The notes beneath the pieces were generated by a model. The model was given only the letters and a program-made list of their open reading frames with translations. It did not search any database and had not been told where the DNA came from. 64,000 bases of DNA. Origin: Phoronis australis. Taxonomy: Eukaryota; Animalia; Phoronida. The stretch lies in assembly GCA_002633005.1 (NCBI GenBank), contig NMRA01000209.1:548174-612173 (forward strand), in the 5' to 3' direction. Shown here in pieces: positions 1 through 33,220 of the stretch; positions within the stretch are counted from its first letter, which is position 1, and every line of letters starts with the position of its first letter. The translations under genes and the position numbers were made by a program.

Positions 1-269
1 CATAATGGTACAGGAAGGTGTCCAGTTTCAATAACACACCTATCACGCAGGTGCCAGTGGTGCATCAGCAAACGACAGGGACAGCATTTGGTGGAATCTT
101 CAATTAGGACTTTGATACACTTTTCAGAGAAACTTTAACAAGATTATTAAACTTAGGTAAAGGCGCACTAATTAATTTCATAGTTTTTTATATTAATGCA
201 GGGATGTCGACAGCACATTAAAATTATGTATACTGAATTGGAAATTATTTTTGGCACACAAACAGTCTG

Positions 270-19734
<19,465 letters not shown>

Positions 19735-19877
19735 CTTTAAAATGCGTTTCCGGTTCCGGTTAGAGGGCGCTGGTTGCAGAAATGCTTTTGGTTGTAGTGC
19801 ATGTCCGACCTTTGGCATTTTCGCCTTTAGAAGCAAAATTCTGCTTAAAAATGCCATGTAGCTAAATAAACGACACT
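19735..19877. promoter_or_regulatory. Compact bidirectional promoter and 5' UTRs shared by KRI1 and PEX3
   Basis: 143 bp separate the divergent ATGs (19734 minus, 19878 plus). The region is locally CpG-rich and has tandem ETS-like CCGGAA cores on the minus strand (TTCCGGTTCCGG at about 19747-19758). Promoter function is inferred from position. Confidence 0.75.
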
Positions 19878-22800
19878 ATGATACGTAGCGTGTGGAACTT
19901 TGTTAAGCGTCACCGACGTAAATTTTTGTTTACAGGAGCTGTGATTGGAGGTGAGTTGTTTTATGTGTTGGCTATTGTTGATGTCTGAGTTCCTGAGTTA
20001 CTCACCTGAGACTGACGCAGTGACCCTCTCTACTCTAGCTGGCCCCAGTAGAGACCGGAAGCTTTTCGGCGAATTATGGCTCACACTGATTAAAACATCA
20101 AAATCACATTGATGTACGTTTTGCGCTCAGAGGTACACCGGCCGTCGATGTCTTTCCAACTGGAACAGTCAAGGCATAATTCGCCAAAAAGCCATATTAA
20201 GAAATCCCTATAAGAAGCTTCACGGACTCTGCAAGCTAGAGATAGAGGTCACTGTGTGATCTAAATCATGGACTGACATGTTTACAGTGTAACCTAGTGC
20301 CATCTGTGCTGGCCCAGTTCAGACGCTACCGTCTATTCTTATTCATATATTCCTGATAAGTTTTGATTTTGTGTCCTTTGGACGCAACTTTTGTCCAGCA
20401 GACTTTGTAATTAAAGTGGCAACATATGAAACAGAAACCCTTAAATCTTTAAGTTCACTAGAATCTTGCATTTTTGGAAGATTGTTGCATTTTAAAAGAT
20501 GTGGCTGGGGAGCGCACTGCTGCAGTGTACTTGCACCTTTTTATTTTTTAATGTGCGCAGTCAAGGAATATCCTAACATAAAGTTTAACTTGTCTGAGGA
20601 CTGAGGTCTTGAGACTTGAAGTGTGACCTCAGGCTTTCATCTTCTATCATCATATTTGGTGCGCTGAATTTTGATGAACCATTATAGTCATTATACCTAG
20701 CCAGCCAGCAGAGTACTTACAAATAGCTGTATGAATACTGTGACCAAAATTCCGCTAGGAACCACTACGTCTTACGCTCCAATAGACCTCTAAAATTAAC
20801 ACCACCCAGGTAGTTCTGCTCATCACCTTGTCGTGAAACTTACCGAATTCGTACGGGTTACGGCCCATGCTCGGCTTACTGCCCATCCCCAAATATTTCA
20901 ATTTTTTTCATTTTAAGTGCCCATGCTCAGCTTTCTGCCCACCCACTGTTTTTTTAGATTCCCAATTTAAGCGCCCTGGGCAGTAACGCGGACGAGGACG
21001 GTATATCAACTTGTAGAGCTGGCGGGGGTATATGCAAAATCTGGGAGTCAGCCGACACTCAACTTGCCTATTGCAGCCGTTTAACTGAAAAACATTCTAA
21101 TAAACGTCTTTTTCTTGAATAACTCTCTGCCATTTGTAGTGCAAAGTCTGTTGTCGTTTTGAAAACAGTCCGCTTGTGACATGCTAATATGCCATTTCCT
21201 AATTTTTGCGACATCTCTCGGAAGATGATGGCAGCTTCTTAGCAGCAAAGTTTGTTCTGAAATTCAATGGTATTAAAGTACTAAAAACTTATTATGAATA
21301 GAAACCAGTTCCGATAACTTGTGACGTGAACACAACCCAGTGGTAGAAGAACAGGTGATTGAAGAATCAGTGAAAAAGAGACTAGCCAATAGGTGACGCT
21401 ATATTTCATGGCACCAAAGACCTTCTATGCATATGATTGTTCTGCAAATTTAGCAGTAGAATAACGGTAGAACGCCTATTTTTCCAGTAAATAATTTAAT
21501 TTACTCATTCCCAAGAAGAGTTTAGTTTTTAATGACAGTAATTTTGTGTCACATTTTAGTTGGCCAGTTTTTTACTCATATCGGCACAAAGCTGTGTATG
21601 CAGCTTTGCACCGAGGCTACTACAGATTGTGAATTACCCAAACCTTGCTTAAATTCTGAAATTTATTGCAATTTGCAGTAATATTGGCTCCTCGATTTAA
21701 AATTTATTGATTTGAGAATGAATAACTTAATAACAATGCAGTAAGAGTAACTGGTTACCAATTCAGGGACCCATGTATCCGGCTATTACCCAATTAGCAA
21801 TGAGTGTTGTATGCATCTTACAGGTGGGGTGGCGAGTTTTCCCTCAACCAAAATAATAATACCCTCAGAAGGCATGAAGCCACCTTTACCCTGGGATGAA
21901 TGAGGGCCCTGTCTTACCATTGAGCCTATTTGGGTATCACTTGGTATTATTGTCACTAGCACCGAGACCCAGTAGATAAATGTGATGTGATATATTTCGA
22001 CATCTGTCCGCTTCATTCCCCCTTTCATTTCAGGAATATGGGCTCTAACAAAGTATGCCAAAGGGAAATTGAAAGAACTGCAAGATTCAGAAGCCGCCGC
22101 GTGTTTAGAACATGCAAGGTATGGCATGACCCAAGTGAAGGTATTATCACTGCACAGAAGAAATTTTCTAAGCTGCCATGCATCCAGGATTTTGTCAGGG
22201 AAGGGGTGCTTGAGATGACATCATTGTAAAAGCGACCAATCAGGGGTCCCAGATCCTCTGGACATTCATATGGATCCCTGTGTACAAAATTATAAAATTA
22301 ACTAAGACTCTAGCAGTATAAGGCAGATAGAAATTGTGTCAAATACTATATTGATGAAGGTTATAACTTTTTTGTCTATGTATGAGTTGGGGGTGAAGAC
22401 ACATTTATATACGTACATGTTATATGAAATCATTGTCAAAAATTGGTGTTGAGAGTGGTTTGGGCTGTTTGTTCACACAGTGATGTAGTGAGGGGAGACG
22501 GCCTTTGTGAGAGAGACACGCTGTGAAACAGGATGTATAAACGACTGGTGGTGGTGAAGCTTGGTGATGATCATGGATTGGATTTGGGTGGGTGCAAATT
22601 AGGTTTTCTGCCCTGCTGGTGACAATATCTCTAGCTAGGAAACCAAGTTAGTGACCCATTAGTTTTATTTGAATTGATAACAGTCAGTATTCTTTTGTAA
22701 GTAAATTTTGTCGTGATCTATATTGTCCTATTTTTATATTTTTTAGGAGACAACACCATTTTGACAGCAATCAAAGAACATGCAACACCACAGGTTAGTA

Positions 22801-25800
22801 GGTGGCAAAAACGTGTTTGGTTTGAATTGACTTCCAATATCATGCATAATCAAAGGTAATAACCCATTTGCAAGGAACCTATATTTTGAGAACCATTTTT
22901 TGTCTTAACTTTGACTTTACTAACTTTTTGATATCAACAAAAAGCATTATCCTTTAGCAAAACCTCAACTCGCCTGACTGGTAAACTTCCCATTTTGCCA
23001 GAAGGGAATTGAGCTCATCAAAACAAAGAAATCTCATACAGTGTAAGTGGAAATACATATAAGTACTGGCCTGTACAAGAACTTTATCTGTGGCAATAGA
23101 CGAATTGTAGAGCCGGTGAAATGAGCAGATGTCTGCAGGAACACTGAGACCGCCTGAGCATCCTTATTGTTTGAGTCGATCAGAAAATTAGGAGTTTATA
23201 GTGTGCTCGGTAAGGAACAATTTACCCATCAGGCAAAATATCACGTGCATGGTCATTTCTTACCTACCGAAAAATCAGACGATCAGGATACATTGCATGT
23301 GCATGAGTGAACCAGCCCTTTCATTCATTTTTTTCGACAAACAATTCGGAATCCTGACTGTTTCTTCCTGTAGTGTTTTGAGCACATGCTCAGATGTGTG
23401 CGTTGCAATTTTTACCAGGTCGCCAAACACTCTGAGGTCCCCAAATATCCGAGGTCCCTTTGGCAACCTGAAGCTGGTAAGGCTTGATTTGGTGACCAGT
23501 AGGCAGAACATCTTCAGCAAATTAATCCAGCTAATAAGAATATAGGCTCCAATGAGTTCTGCTGAAGTCTGTGTATTTTATATTCAACATCTGATAGTAC
23601 TCGCAGCATGCAGTTGCATGAAGTTGACTAGTAAGTATTTTTTTCTTTGCAGTACTGTCGATGATACCCACTCTGAGGGAAACGCTGATGAAGGCCATTG
23701 ATACTGAGGTGCTGACTGAACAGCTGAAGCGTAGACCTGTCAATAAATTGGAAATATGGGAGGAGCTAAAAGTCCTTAGTAAGAATTTTATTACTTGCTG
23801 TTTAAATGGGACGAGTTTCAAGTTGTCTAGGATTTCCGTTAGGAGCTGAAAGTTCTCAGTTGGACTGTCTTGCTGTTATTTTCCTTCCATTTAGCATGCT
23901 GTAAGTTGAAAGAGCATAAAGCTCCCAGTCCAACTTTTCACAAGGTGTTGTTTAATATCGCTGTCTTCCAAACAAGGTGGTATCAGATTTTCAAAATTGA
24001 GCTGCTGTATTGCATATTACATAAATTGTATTAGAAGGTTAATTTCTCTGCAGCTTTTTGGCTGTCTAGTCAGAAGGCCTCAAAACAGAAGATGTAAGTT
24101 GGGACAAGAAATTGTACATTTTTAGGTTTTTTTTTTTGCACAACATCCTTTGATGTCAGCTTAATTTGCAACATAGTTGGCACAGCCAAGAGCCACTTAT
24201 GCTATTTTTCTAGCATTACACAGTCATGGTAGTTTGATATTCTTTTTCAAATACCCTCTTTGCAAATGAATTCAATGTTGTGGATTTAAAAGCTGGCACG
24301 TCTGCGGAAGGTGGACCCTACTATCGAACCCAAGGATAAAAAGCATTTCAAGTGTTGTTTCTGGGTTTGAGAGTAGGGTCCACTTGCTAGCAGAAGGTGG
24401 ACCTCGCCCTCGAACCCAGAAAAAAGCCATTGCAAGTGTTTTTAAACATACTAGCCATTAAAATGTTTGATGTTATTGTTTCTTTTCAGGTTTTATGCGG
24501 ACAACGTGTGCCATATACTTGAGTAGTATGCTAGTGGTGTTACTACGGGTACAGCTGAACATCATTGGAGGATACATGTATCTGGACAAAGCAGCAGGGA
24601 GGAATGGAATGGTCAGTAATGCACCGATCTCTTTATGATAGAACGCCTTCTACCCGCTGTAATGTACTGAGTGATGTATGACCAGCCTTGCGTTAATCAT
24701 GTGTCCATCTTTGCCTTGTTGGTCTTTTGTTGCCTCTGGCTGTGTCAATTACACTAGTCTTTTTGCTCTTACAAGTTAATGACATGTTATTAGGCCTTGG
24801 GACTGCTAATTCCATTGCTCTAACTGACCATCACTACCTGGTGGTCCCTAAGTTTGGGGCCCACACCTGGTCTAACTTCATCACGCCAGGTAATTAGCCA
24901 GAGTAATTTTGGGACCTGTTTTTTATCCTTGTTTTCATTGTATATTTTTCTAAGAGGTTTTGGCATTTGTCGGAGATCAAAATTTGACAGTAAAACAAGG
25001 GCAAGTGGAATCCATCTACAGACAGATTTCATCAGAGTAAGATGCTTTGTGTTTGTTTTTGTCATAAGCATTATGGACATGCAGTGAACAAGAGCAAAAA
25101 ACAATCCTGATGATTATCATTGGCAATATATTAGGTGGAAAAGCAGTCAGTGAATTAGGCAGAACAACAGAATCTCTGTTATGTACTAACTACACTAGTG
25201 AGATTTCACTGATCGTTTACTCAAAGTGAGTTTTCAAGGGGCTATTTTCTCAGTGTACATATGTCATTTGGCTAGTAGGTTTTCGTGTATATCTATCAAT
25301 TTGTAACCATAGGCAACATGTGTAACTAGTCTAGTGGTGTTCATTCTTTTAACTAACCTTCTAGCTCAAACTTTGGAGCTTTTTGTTGTGCACTCTCAAA
25401 AAATGTTAGCCTTGGTCTTTTGAGTGGAGAATTTTTTGATGAAGAGAAAATGACCCATAAATTAGAAAACAAAAAACAACAAAAATAATTTTTATTGTTG
25501 TTTTCCTTTCTTAAAATGAGAGTACATCAGTTCTGTTTTTGAAAACAAACAGGAAACCGGGGACTCTATTTCATGTTTATTTTATCATTATTCCTGGTCA
25601 CAGTTACACGGGAACATTTTATCTCTTATCAAAACCCTTAATATCAAATGGAACCTTTTTCTGCTTTGAAGGTCTCAATACATTTCAAATTGAGTGATGC
25701 CAGCAGTGCGCGACAAGCATTCGACAAATTGCCATTTCCCTGTCAGGACCGGTCGTTGTTTCTACTTGGACGGAGACTCCAGCTTTTTACTTATCTGTCA

Positions 25801-28800
25801 TGAACGGCAATTCTGGGACATTTATTCCTAAATTATTCTTGTCGTGTTCTGTCTTTTAATCTCAAACTGCTCTTTATCAGTCTGTAGACCACATGATTAA
25901 TCCAGATGTGCATTGGTCCCCAAAACTGTGAAATCCGTCTCCGTTGAAGTGCCGAGCACTAGAACTGGAATGACTGGGAAACATTGTCAGGATTTAAAGA
26001 AACTAGGACATATTTATCTCCAAATTAGCAGAGCTGCACAGTTGTATTGAACTTTTAAAATGCTCGTTGTGATGCAACTTCTCTGATATCAGTGCTGTTT
26101 TGTACTTCAAAGGTAATGTAAGTGAATCTGTTACAGACAGAAGAGCCAGCATTGGTTAACAGTCAGGTACAACAGGCTTACCTGGAGAATATACAATACC
26201 TGATGGGCCAGGGACTGACTCAGCTGATGACCTCTGTCCAAGAGGCTGTAAACCGCTGTGTTGCCAGGTGTGTAGTGTTGTTTTACAAGAGTAACAAATA
26301 TTTGATTGTCTCTTTAGTGGCGAGAGAGCACAAAGTGACTCTTCCTTGATGCAGTCTCAAGCTCAGGCGGACACGGGAGTTCGGTTTGAATTGACGATGA
26401 ACTCATTTTCCTGTGTCCATGGACATTTTGCGATGTCAGTCATTTTGTGTATTTAGTTGTTTGAACACTCCACTGCACATCAGCGGTCACTTGAATTATT
26501 GATGTAAGACTTTAAAAAGGATTTTCCATTGGTTAAAGCTGCGTTTCTCCCCATTGAGATGGATAAAAAATGAAAAACCTAGTAATAAAAGTCTTCTTTT
26601 CTCCTAAAATTTGTCTCACAATATTCTGTACCATGGTATGATTTTATTTCTATGACCAACAAGAACATTAAATCCACCGGCGACTCACAAAAACGCCTCA
26701 GACTTTATTGGGGTTGGCCATATCTAAAATTGTGAATTTGAAAAATGGTGCATGTATGCATTACCTGTTACTTGTTGTCTCAATGAAAATGGACTCTTGT
26801 CACGGAAAGTAATATAATGTGATTGATTTGATGCGAACTAAAAAAGAAAAATTTTCCAATTCGATTTTCGTTTTCAGCCAGTTGAACAGGGCTAAATTAT
26901 GCTTTAAATTTCCGTCCAAGTTTTATGCAAACTGTAGGTGGCACTGAAAACGTGTTGCTAAAGTAGACCTTCACCTTCTATGGCAATGGCAGCTTATTTC
27001 ACTATCATGACTTTTGCTTAATGGCTATATAATTACAACACCTTATAGACGTCCTTGTGAAATAGAGAAGATCAACGTGTGCTGTAATTTTTTAACATCT
27101 GTGACGGTTTTCTGTTCTGCTCTGTTCTAAATTGATTTGAATATAAATTATATCAACTTCTTGAAACTTGGTAGGATGTAGCCCTTTTATTTACCACTCG
27201 CTCTGAGTATATCACAGCAAGAAAAATGAAAATTTAAAAGACAAAGTAATGAGGGCTGTTCCAGTAAAATCTGTATGGGAGGGGGGGAAGGCACCTTTTT
27301 TTCGCACCCACCACCCATATTTTTCATTTATTTCTTCAGCCTACCACCCGTAATTTTTTATAAGTTTGAAATGCAACCACCCGTATTTTTTTTGTTCTTG
27401 TGGTTGACTGCACAGGCGCTTGAGTTTATCTGTTCCTCCATCATCACTAACGTCATTCATTACTAAGAAAACATGTTTCTTATATAATGGTTATTAGCCA
27501 TTGAGAAATTCGAGCACCTGTGGTTAAATGGTGTTATTTGCATGCGATGAGGAGATGGAGGGAGTGAAAAAGTCGGAGCTTTTTGCAAGTTGCATTTTTG
27601 TTTCAGTTTTTGATTCTGTGCGGATTGTTTATAAAATTTACTAAAAATACCCACCATCAAACATTTATGGCCCAATGAAACAACAACGACCTGTAAATTT
27701 TAATTTTTTTGAAGTACGACCACCAGCCATTTTGAATTTAAATCAAACGCAACCACCCATAAATTTTTATTTCAGTTGCCTTCCCCCCCTCCCACACAGA
27801 TTTTGCTGGAACAGCCCTGATCTATTTCAGTGTGTGAGTTGTATCTTTTGCAGGATATCCCTGAAACAAAACCTTTCTCTTTCCGAAATCGATGGGCTGC
27901 TGCGAGAAATCCGAGCTTATATCGAGAGTCCACAAAAGCCCAATGGTTTCTGTGACCAGTGTCCGTTGGGTAGATACATGCTACCTGTGGTCATTCAACC
28001 AAATGAGGTAAGCCTTCCTCTCTAGCTCTTTCAGTTAGTACAAGGATTCTAAACCCTGTTTTAATTTGTTAAAAACTGATGTTCCATAACTCTCTTCAAT
28101 CCTTACATTTTGGAGCAAGTTTTAACATCTACTTAGTACAAACCAGTCTTACTAATGAATGAGCAAGCAAGTCAATAATGCTTCGGCAAATTAAGCGATG
28201 GCTTTGGGGGATTCATCCCTGTTCTTTGCAAAAATAAGGCCTCCTAGGTCAAAACTCAATCAGAAAGAAACTGGACAGACTTCAACTGAACTGTGTCAAA
28301 CTATGATGAATTTCTTAGAATTATGTTACAGTTTAGTCAAACTTGTAATTGTGTGGTTAGAACAGAAAAAGGGACAGCTAATTATAAGATAGCCGTGTTA
28401 GTGCAGAGAATTTCCAGGCACTTTGGAGAAGACCTGATTTCTCTTAATATCAAAGTAACTATGTGGCGTACTAGCTAGAATTGTCTGCTTTATGATGTCT
28501 AATGTTTACAGTGAATTACTTGTGATTGATTCTAGGCCTGCGCTCTTAGCCATGTAGAGAGGATGAATATACAGTTACTACAGGAAACAAAGGATGTTAC
28601 AGAAACGTGAGCCAAAGCATTTCCCTTTTTCCTTTATTTTTACACGAAAGCTCAGCTTTATGTTTATCACAAACTGCAGTTTTTGTGACATTTTTGTGAG
28701 TAAGCGACTACATGCTCTCTTGTTGCTCAGGCCAGCCAAATAGCACAGCCCATGCAGTTATGACAGAGCTTGTCACTTATGAATGTGGCTTATGGGCTTG

Positions 28801-31671
28801 TAAACTTTTTTGTAATGACTAACCAATTGTGCTTCAACTCACGAAACGCACCAAAAAGCATGACTTACAGACTCGTATCCACTTACAAACATGCCTCAGG
28901 GACTGCAAGCAAAAGTCCAACACCTGCAAATGAGACCTCTGGGCACTTCGCTGCTCATCCATGTTGTTGTTCATAGATGTGAGTCTGTGAACCGTGCTTT
29001 CCAAGTGCGTAAGCTGAGTTCTGTGTGTACGACCATGAGTTTGTGAGTCATTAGACTGAGTTGACGGGTCACCTGTGCGTGAGCCATGTTGCTCGGTTAG
29101 CCTGACGTTTAACAATGACTATGGCTGAGTGATATATAGTAATGCCTGATCAAACTCCACTTTACTTTGTGATATTGTCATGTCAGTGGCACACACTGGT
29201 GATGAACCTACTCAGTTGTCTATTGTTCTAGCCATCTTTACTCTTTCAATGTCTAGCGCGACTTTCAGCGAGTTACCCAGTCGCTTCCAGACTAACTTGC
29301 CAATTGACAAGTTGGGTACATGTGCACTTTTGACCTAGTTAATCCTTACATCCTTTGGAGACAACAGTTTCGCAACATTAACAAATGACAAGGCAACAGT
29401 TAAACCAAAACCCACATGAAAGTCAAATTTTCACATTTTTTCCTGTTTTCTTACAAAATTTCTGTTCATGGCTTATATTCACATTACAGTTATCGCAATG
29501 ATCATTGAGGTTTATTGTACTCACCATTGTTTGAAATAAAATGTTCAAAAGGAATTTCGATACTCTTGAACAGTGCTCAATACAAGACAGTGTAAAAAAA
29601 ATTAAAATTTATCAGACAAAAACAGGCAAAGGCATTTAAGTTGCCTTGCCTTCAACATCAACTTTAGGCAGGTATGTGTTACAGTGATATCCTTGTTTTA
29701 GGGAAGATTTCCAGTTTGTTCTGAGGTGCAGTCTTGATCGGGGCTTCAGTCGATTGATGGACAGAATTGCTGAATTCTACAGGCCAGACCTAAACAGTCA
29801 GGGAGCTAAATTTGTAAAGTTAGTATGGTTATATGGCTGACAAAGTCGCATGAGCATTCTGTTTTACAGTTGTCTTGTTCACTCTGTTGTTGCCGCTGCC
29901 TGTATGAGCTGATGATTTCACAGACGGGAGACAGGCTCACAGTTGTTGACCAATGATTTAACTAGACAAGTGTCCTTGGAGACGGAATGTTTACACGCCA
30001 GGTAGCATAGGCTGTTGTTAGATTTCGGCATGGATGGTCCAATGGCTGTCAGATATTAACGAGGATGCCATCTAGGGTTTGATTAAATATTTTTAAATGA
30101 TGGTCATCACTTGTGGCAATATGCAGCAGGTTACCCAAACCTGATGGGAGCATCGTCAAACCCGTTGAAGCGACAGGTTAAAACTGGTCATGGAGACCAC
30201 TGCTTTCATGATCAGGTCACTTAATTCATGGCGGATTGGTAAATAGTAAAAAATTAAAAGTATAAGGGTTTTCTAGTTTTGAAAAATGTGATTATGCTTT
30301 TAATTACATTGATGCAGTTTAATTGTGGACATTTGGCTAAATATGCAGACTTGTAAATATTGTCCTACAACCTTACCTTAAAATTGTTATTTTCAAATTA
30401 TAAACCTATCTTTTTAAGAACTGGTGTCAATAAATTTTATACTGGCCCTCACTACGTTTATCATGATTTTACTCTTTACAGCCCGCATGATGTCCAAATG
30501 CCACTGGCAAAATTAGTTCCCATAGTGAATGGCCTGATCCACACGGTGTGTGCTGATGCGCCCAATGTCTTCATACAGGTGAGTTGACGAGACAAAACAC
30601 TACACACTTACAGAAAACTAAATTCTTTAGTGCTTAGTTAAATCCTGCTTATTTTTTCCTAGTATGTGAAGGCAGTCTATCCAAAACAAGTTTAAGATAA
30701 AATTGATTTCTTGCAGCATCTTGTGGAACGGTAATTGAACTCGGTTCAAAACCACATTTACTCAAGACTTAACTTGAAAATTGACCAATTTAATGACACA
30801 CTTCCAGCAGCACTCGTCAGTTTTTGATTTAAGTCTCAAGAACGTTTCCGTGGTTTTGGGACCAGATAGTTTAAGCTAGCCTCAAATCTGTTAGCTTTTA
30901 GGTTGTGAGACTTGACAAAGTTATTCTTCAACTTTTTATTATATAGAGCAAGGCCCAGTTGCATAAAAGTTATACGTTGCATAGCAACAGTGACGTCGTA
31001 TTATTACGCGCCACGTTATTGTTGAACAATGCACCTGACGTCATGCAATAATCAAACTTGTCCAGTAGATAATTTTGAAGTTTTATGCAACCCATCGCAG
31101 GTTAAGCAATGTACATTATATAAACTCAGCATTAAGGTATGATTGTTATTCGCAAATCCAAGTTTTTTTTGGACGGGTCTAATTACTGATGTGCTCTTTA
31201 GTAGCAAGTGTTCGCCTGCTCCTAAATATCTAATGTGAAATTTCCTATTTGTGTTCAAGTTTAGCTGAGTGCGCCTGATGTTAATTTTGGGCCAAGTTTA
31301 ACTACTGTCACAGTGGCATTCTCTAGTCACTCTGTGGCAATTTAGGTTTCCTTTGCTCATGGTAATGTATGTTTATGAAAGTTGGCAAAGAAATCTCTAT
31401 CAAGGAGATTACAGCACTGACCTGTTTCAGACAGATTTGACTAATGGCCTTTTTAGTTGCCATTTGCAGTGCTGTCGTGGGTACATGTGAACACATTGCA
31501 TTGCTCTTGTTAATTTTATAATTTAAACGTAACCTTGCTGGATCATCTGAAAAACTCTGTTACAATCTCATTTTTTTGTAACCACAGGATTTGCTACTGA
31601 TGAGTGAAGTCAAAGACTTTGCTGCGAATATTTATGAAGCCTTCAGCCAATCACCAGAGAAGGGTGATTAG
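19878..31671 (+). CDS. PEX3: Peroxisomal biogenesis factor 3 (peroxin-3), 11 coding exons, 368 aa
   Basis: Exons with GT-AG boundaries and consistent phases: 19878-19950, 22034-22118, 22747-22793, 23653-23778, 24490-24611, 26137-26267, 27854-28007, 28536-28606, 29702-29818, 30482-30578, 31588-31671; total 1107 nt. The protein starts [25 protein letters not shown] (basic cluster then transmembrane segment) and contains [52 protein letters not shown] and [13 protein letters not shown], all characteristic of animal PEX3. Confidence 0.97.
20018..20254. mobile_element. Foldback/MITE-like inverted repeat in PEX3 intron 1
   Basis: cagtgaccctctctactctagct...aagcttttcggcgaattatggc pairs imperfectly with ggcataattcgccaaaaagc...agctagagatagaggtcactg. 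Confidence 0.6.
20841..21003. mobile_element. Tc1/mariner-type MITE
   Basis: Left end taccgaattcgtacgggttacggccca matches the reverse complement of the right end, taccgtcctcgtccgcgttactgccca. TA at both ends; internal repeats of gcccatgctc. Confidence 0.6.
27252..27818. mobile_element. MITE with TIRs of about 42 bp in PEX3 intron 6
   Basis: agggctgttccagtaaaatctgtatgggagggggggaaggca is inverted at tgccttccccccctcccacacagattttgctggaacagccct with about 2 mismatches. Internal repeated ccacccgtaattttt motif. No TSD recognisable. Confidence 0.8.
30952..31093. mobile_element. Degenerate short MITE (Harbinger-like ends)
   Basis: ggcccagttgcataaaag on the left is inverted at ttttatgcaaccc on the right (11-bp perfect core). 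Confidence 0.45.
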
Positions 31672-33220
31672 GTTAGTCAGGACCAGTTCTTGCTAGTGTC
31701 ACCAAATCAGAATCTGTTCTCATTACCCAGTCAAAAGAGGGTATATGTTCAAGTATTGCCAACTTTGAACTGAAATATATTGCTTTTGCTGTTCTATGGA
31801 AATAAATAGCACTGCTCATGAGAGCACGAGCGCTGTGGCCAATGACGTTGATTTGAAAGAACTGATACTAGGTTTTTGGAGGAAGTTGCGTTTAACCCAA
31901 ACTTTGATTAATATTATATAATATTTGTGAGTAATTTAATCCAATTGAATTTAACCACTATTTCCTTTATGAGTAAAGCTGTGTTCAAAGGGGGTAAATG
32001 TCATTATTCTCAGTTTTCGTTTTTACATTAATTTTGCTGAAGCTTCAGAAACAAAAATGGTGTCTGGGTGATTTGCTTTTGTTGAATTTATGGAGAATTG
32101 TGAAGAATAGTGGGAGTCGAGAATTTTGATGGAAGTTAGTCGGCGGACAGAAGTCCGTGGACTGTTGATCAGCTTTAGAGGCCTTGTTGAATAAAACAAA
32201 ATTAAGTTTATAGAGCACTAGACTAAATCAGATGAGATTAAGTAAACATTATTTCTTATGATAGCCAATTCAATTGGGCTTAAAAGCTCACTAGGCTGTT
32301 GAAGAATAAGATGATTGGCTTTTAATGTGAGTTAGTTTTTGATGGAGGTTCAGAAATGGTAATCTTTTAGACTAGGGCCTAGTTTTTGTTTTCACCAATA
32401 GAGGAGTAATTGTGTTGTATGTCAAGGCTAGTGAGAGCGCCTGAACAGTGGCCTACAGTGCTAGTGTTGATGATTCAAAAGGTACATGTGTCTGTCTGTT
32501 ATCACCCTCTGAAGGGTGGGTTAATTCTTTGCCTATTTAGCACACCATGTGGCCGACTATTGAAATTCTGTTTTACCAAATTTATCAACAAAACTAAAGA
32601 TTAAGAAAATTCGAGTTCATTTTAGCTTGTTCTTAGATGTCAACAAGCAACATTTGGTGAATTTTCAGCACAGTAATCCGCCTTTGGAAAATAGAAAAAA
32701 AATTATAACAAATTTGGCAATTATTTTTGTGCAAAATTAAGTGAGGAATTGCTGCATATAAGCTTAGAAGTCTTCATCTGAACTTTCTGTACGTTGTCTT
32801 AATCCCTTGTGCATTTAATGTGACATGTTCAATGCATCATCTATTTTATTGGAAGCTTGTTTTGTTATTAATTTGTAAATTACTGCTGTAGAAATGTAAA
32901 TAGTCATAGAAGGGGTTGGTACTGACGTACATTTGATACAAACACATTTGTTCCTTACAGAGTAGCCTTTCTCAAAGCTTGACAGTTGTCAATTTTATTA
33001 TTCATACTAGGATCATCATTAATGTCAACTCTTAAGTTCTCAGTGTAAAAGCTCACTTATTTTGTGGAGTGTCATTTAAAGGTATTAAGCTGGAGTTGTT
33101 AAAATTAATTGCAAGTAGTGTGGTTCACATTGTACCATAACTGTGTAGGCCGCTCAGGTGGGCCTATTGTACTGATCACCTGGAACTGTTTTTATGCTTT
33201 ATTATAGTTAAAACCGAGTT

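Noticed and set aside
26533-26908. TTAA-flanked Kolobok-like element
   Set aside because: The inverted match beyond ttaaagc/gctttaa is too degenerate to support.
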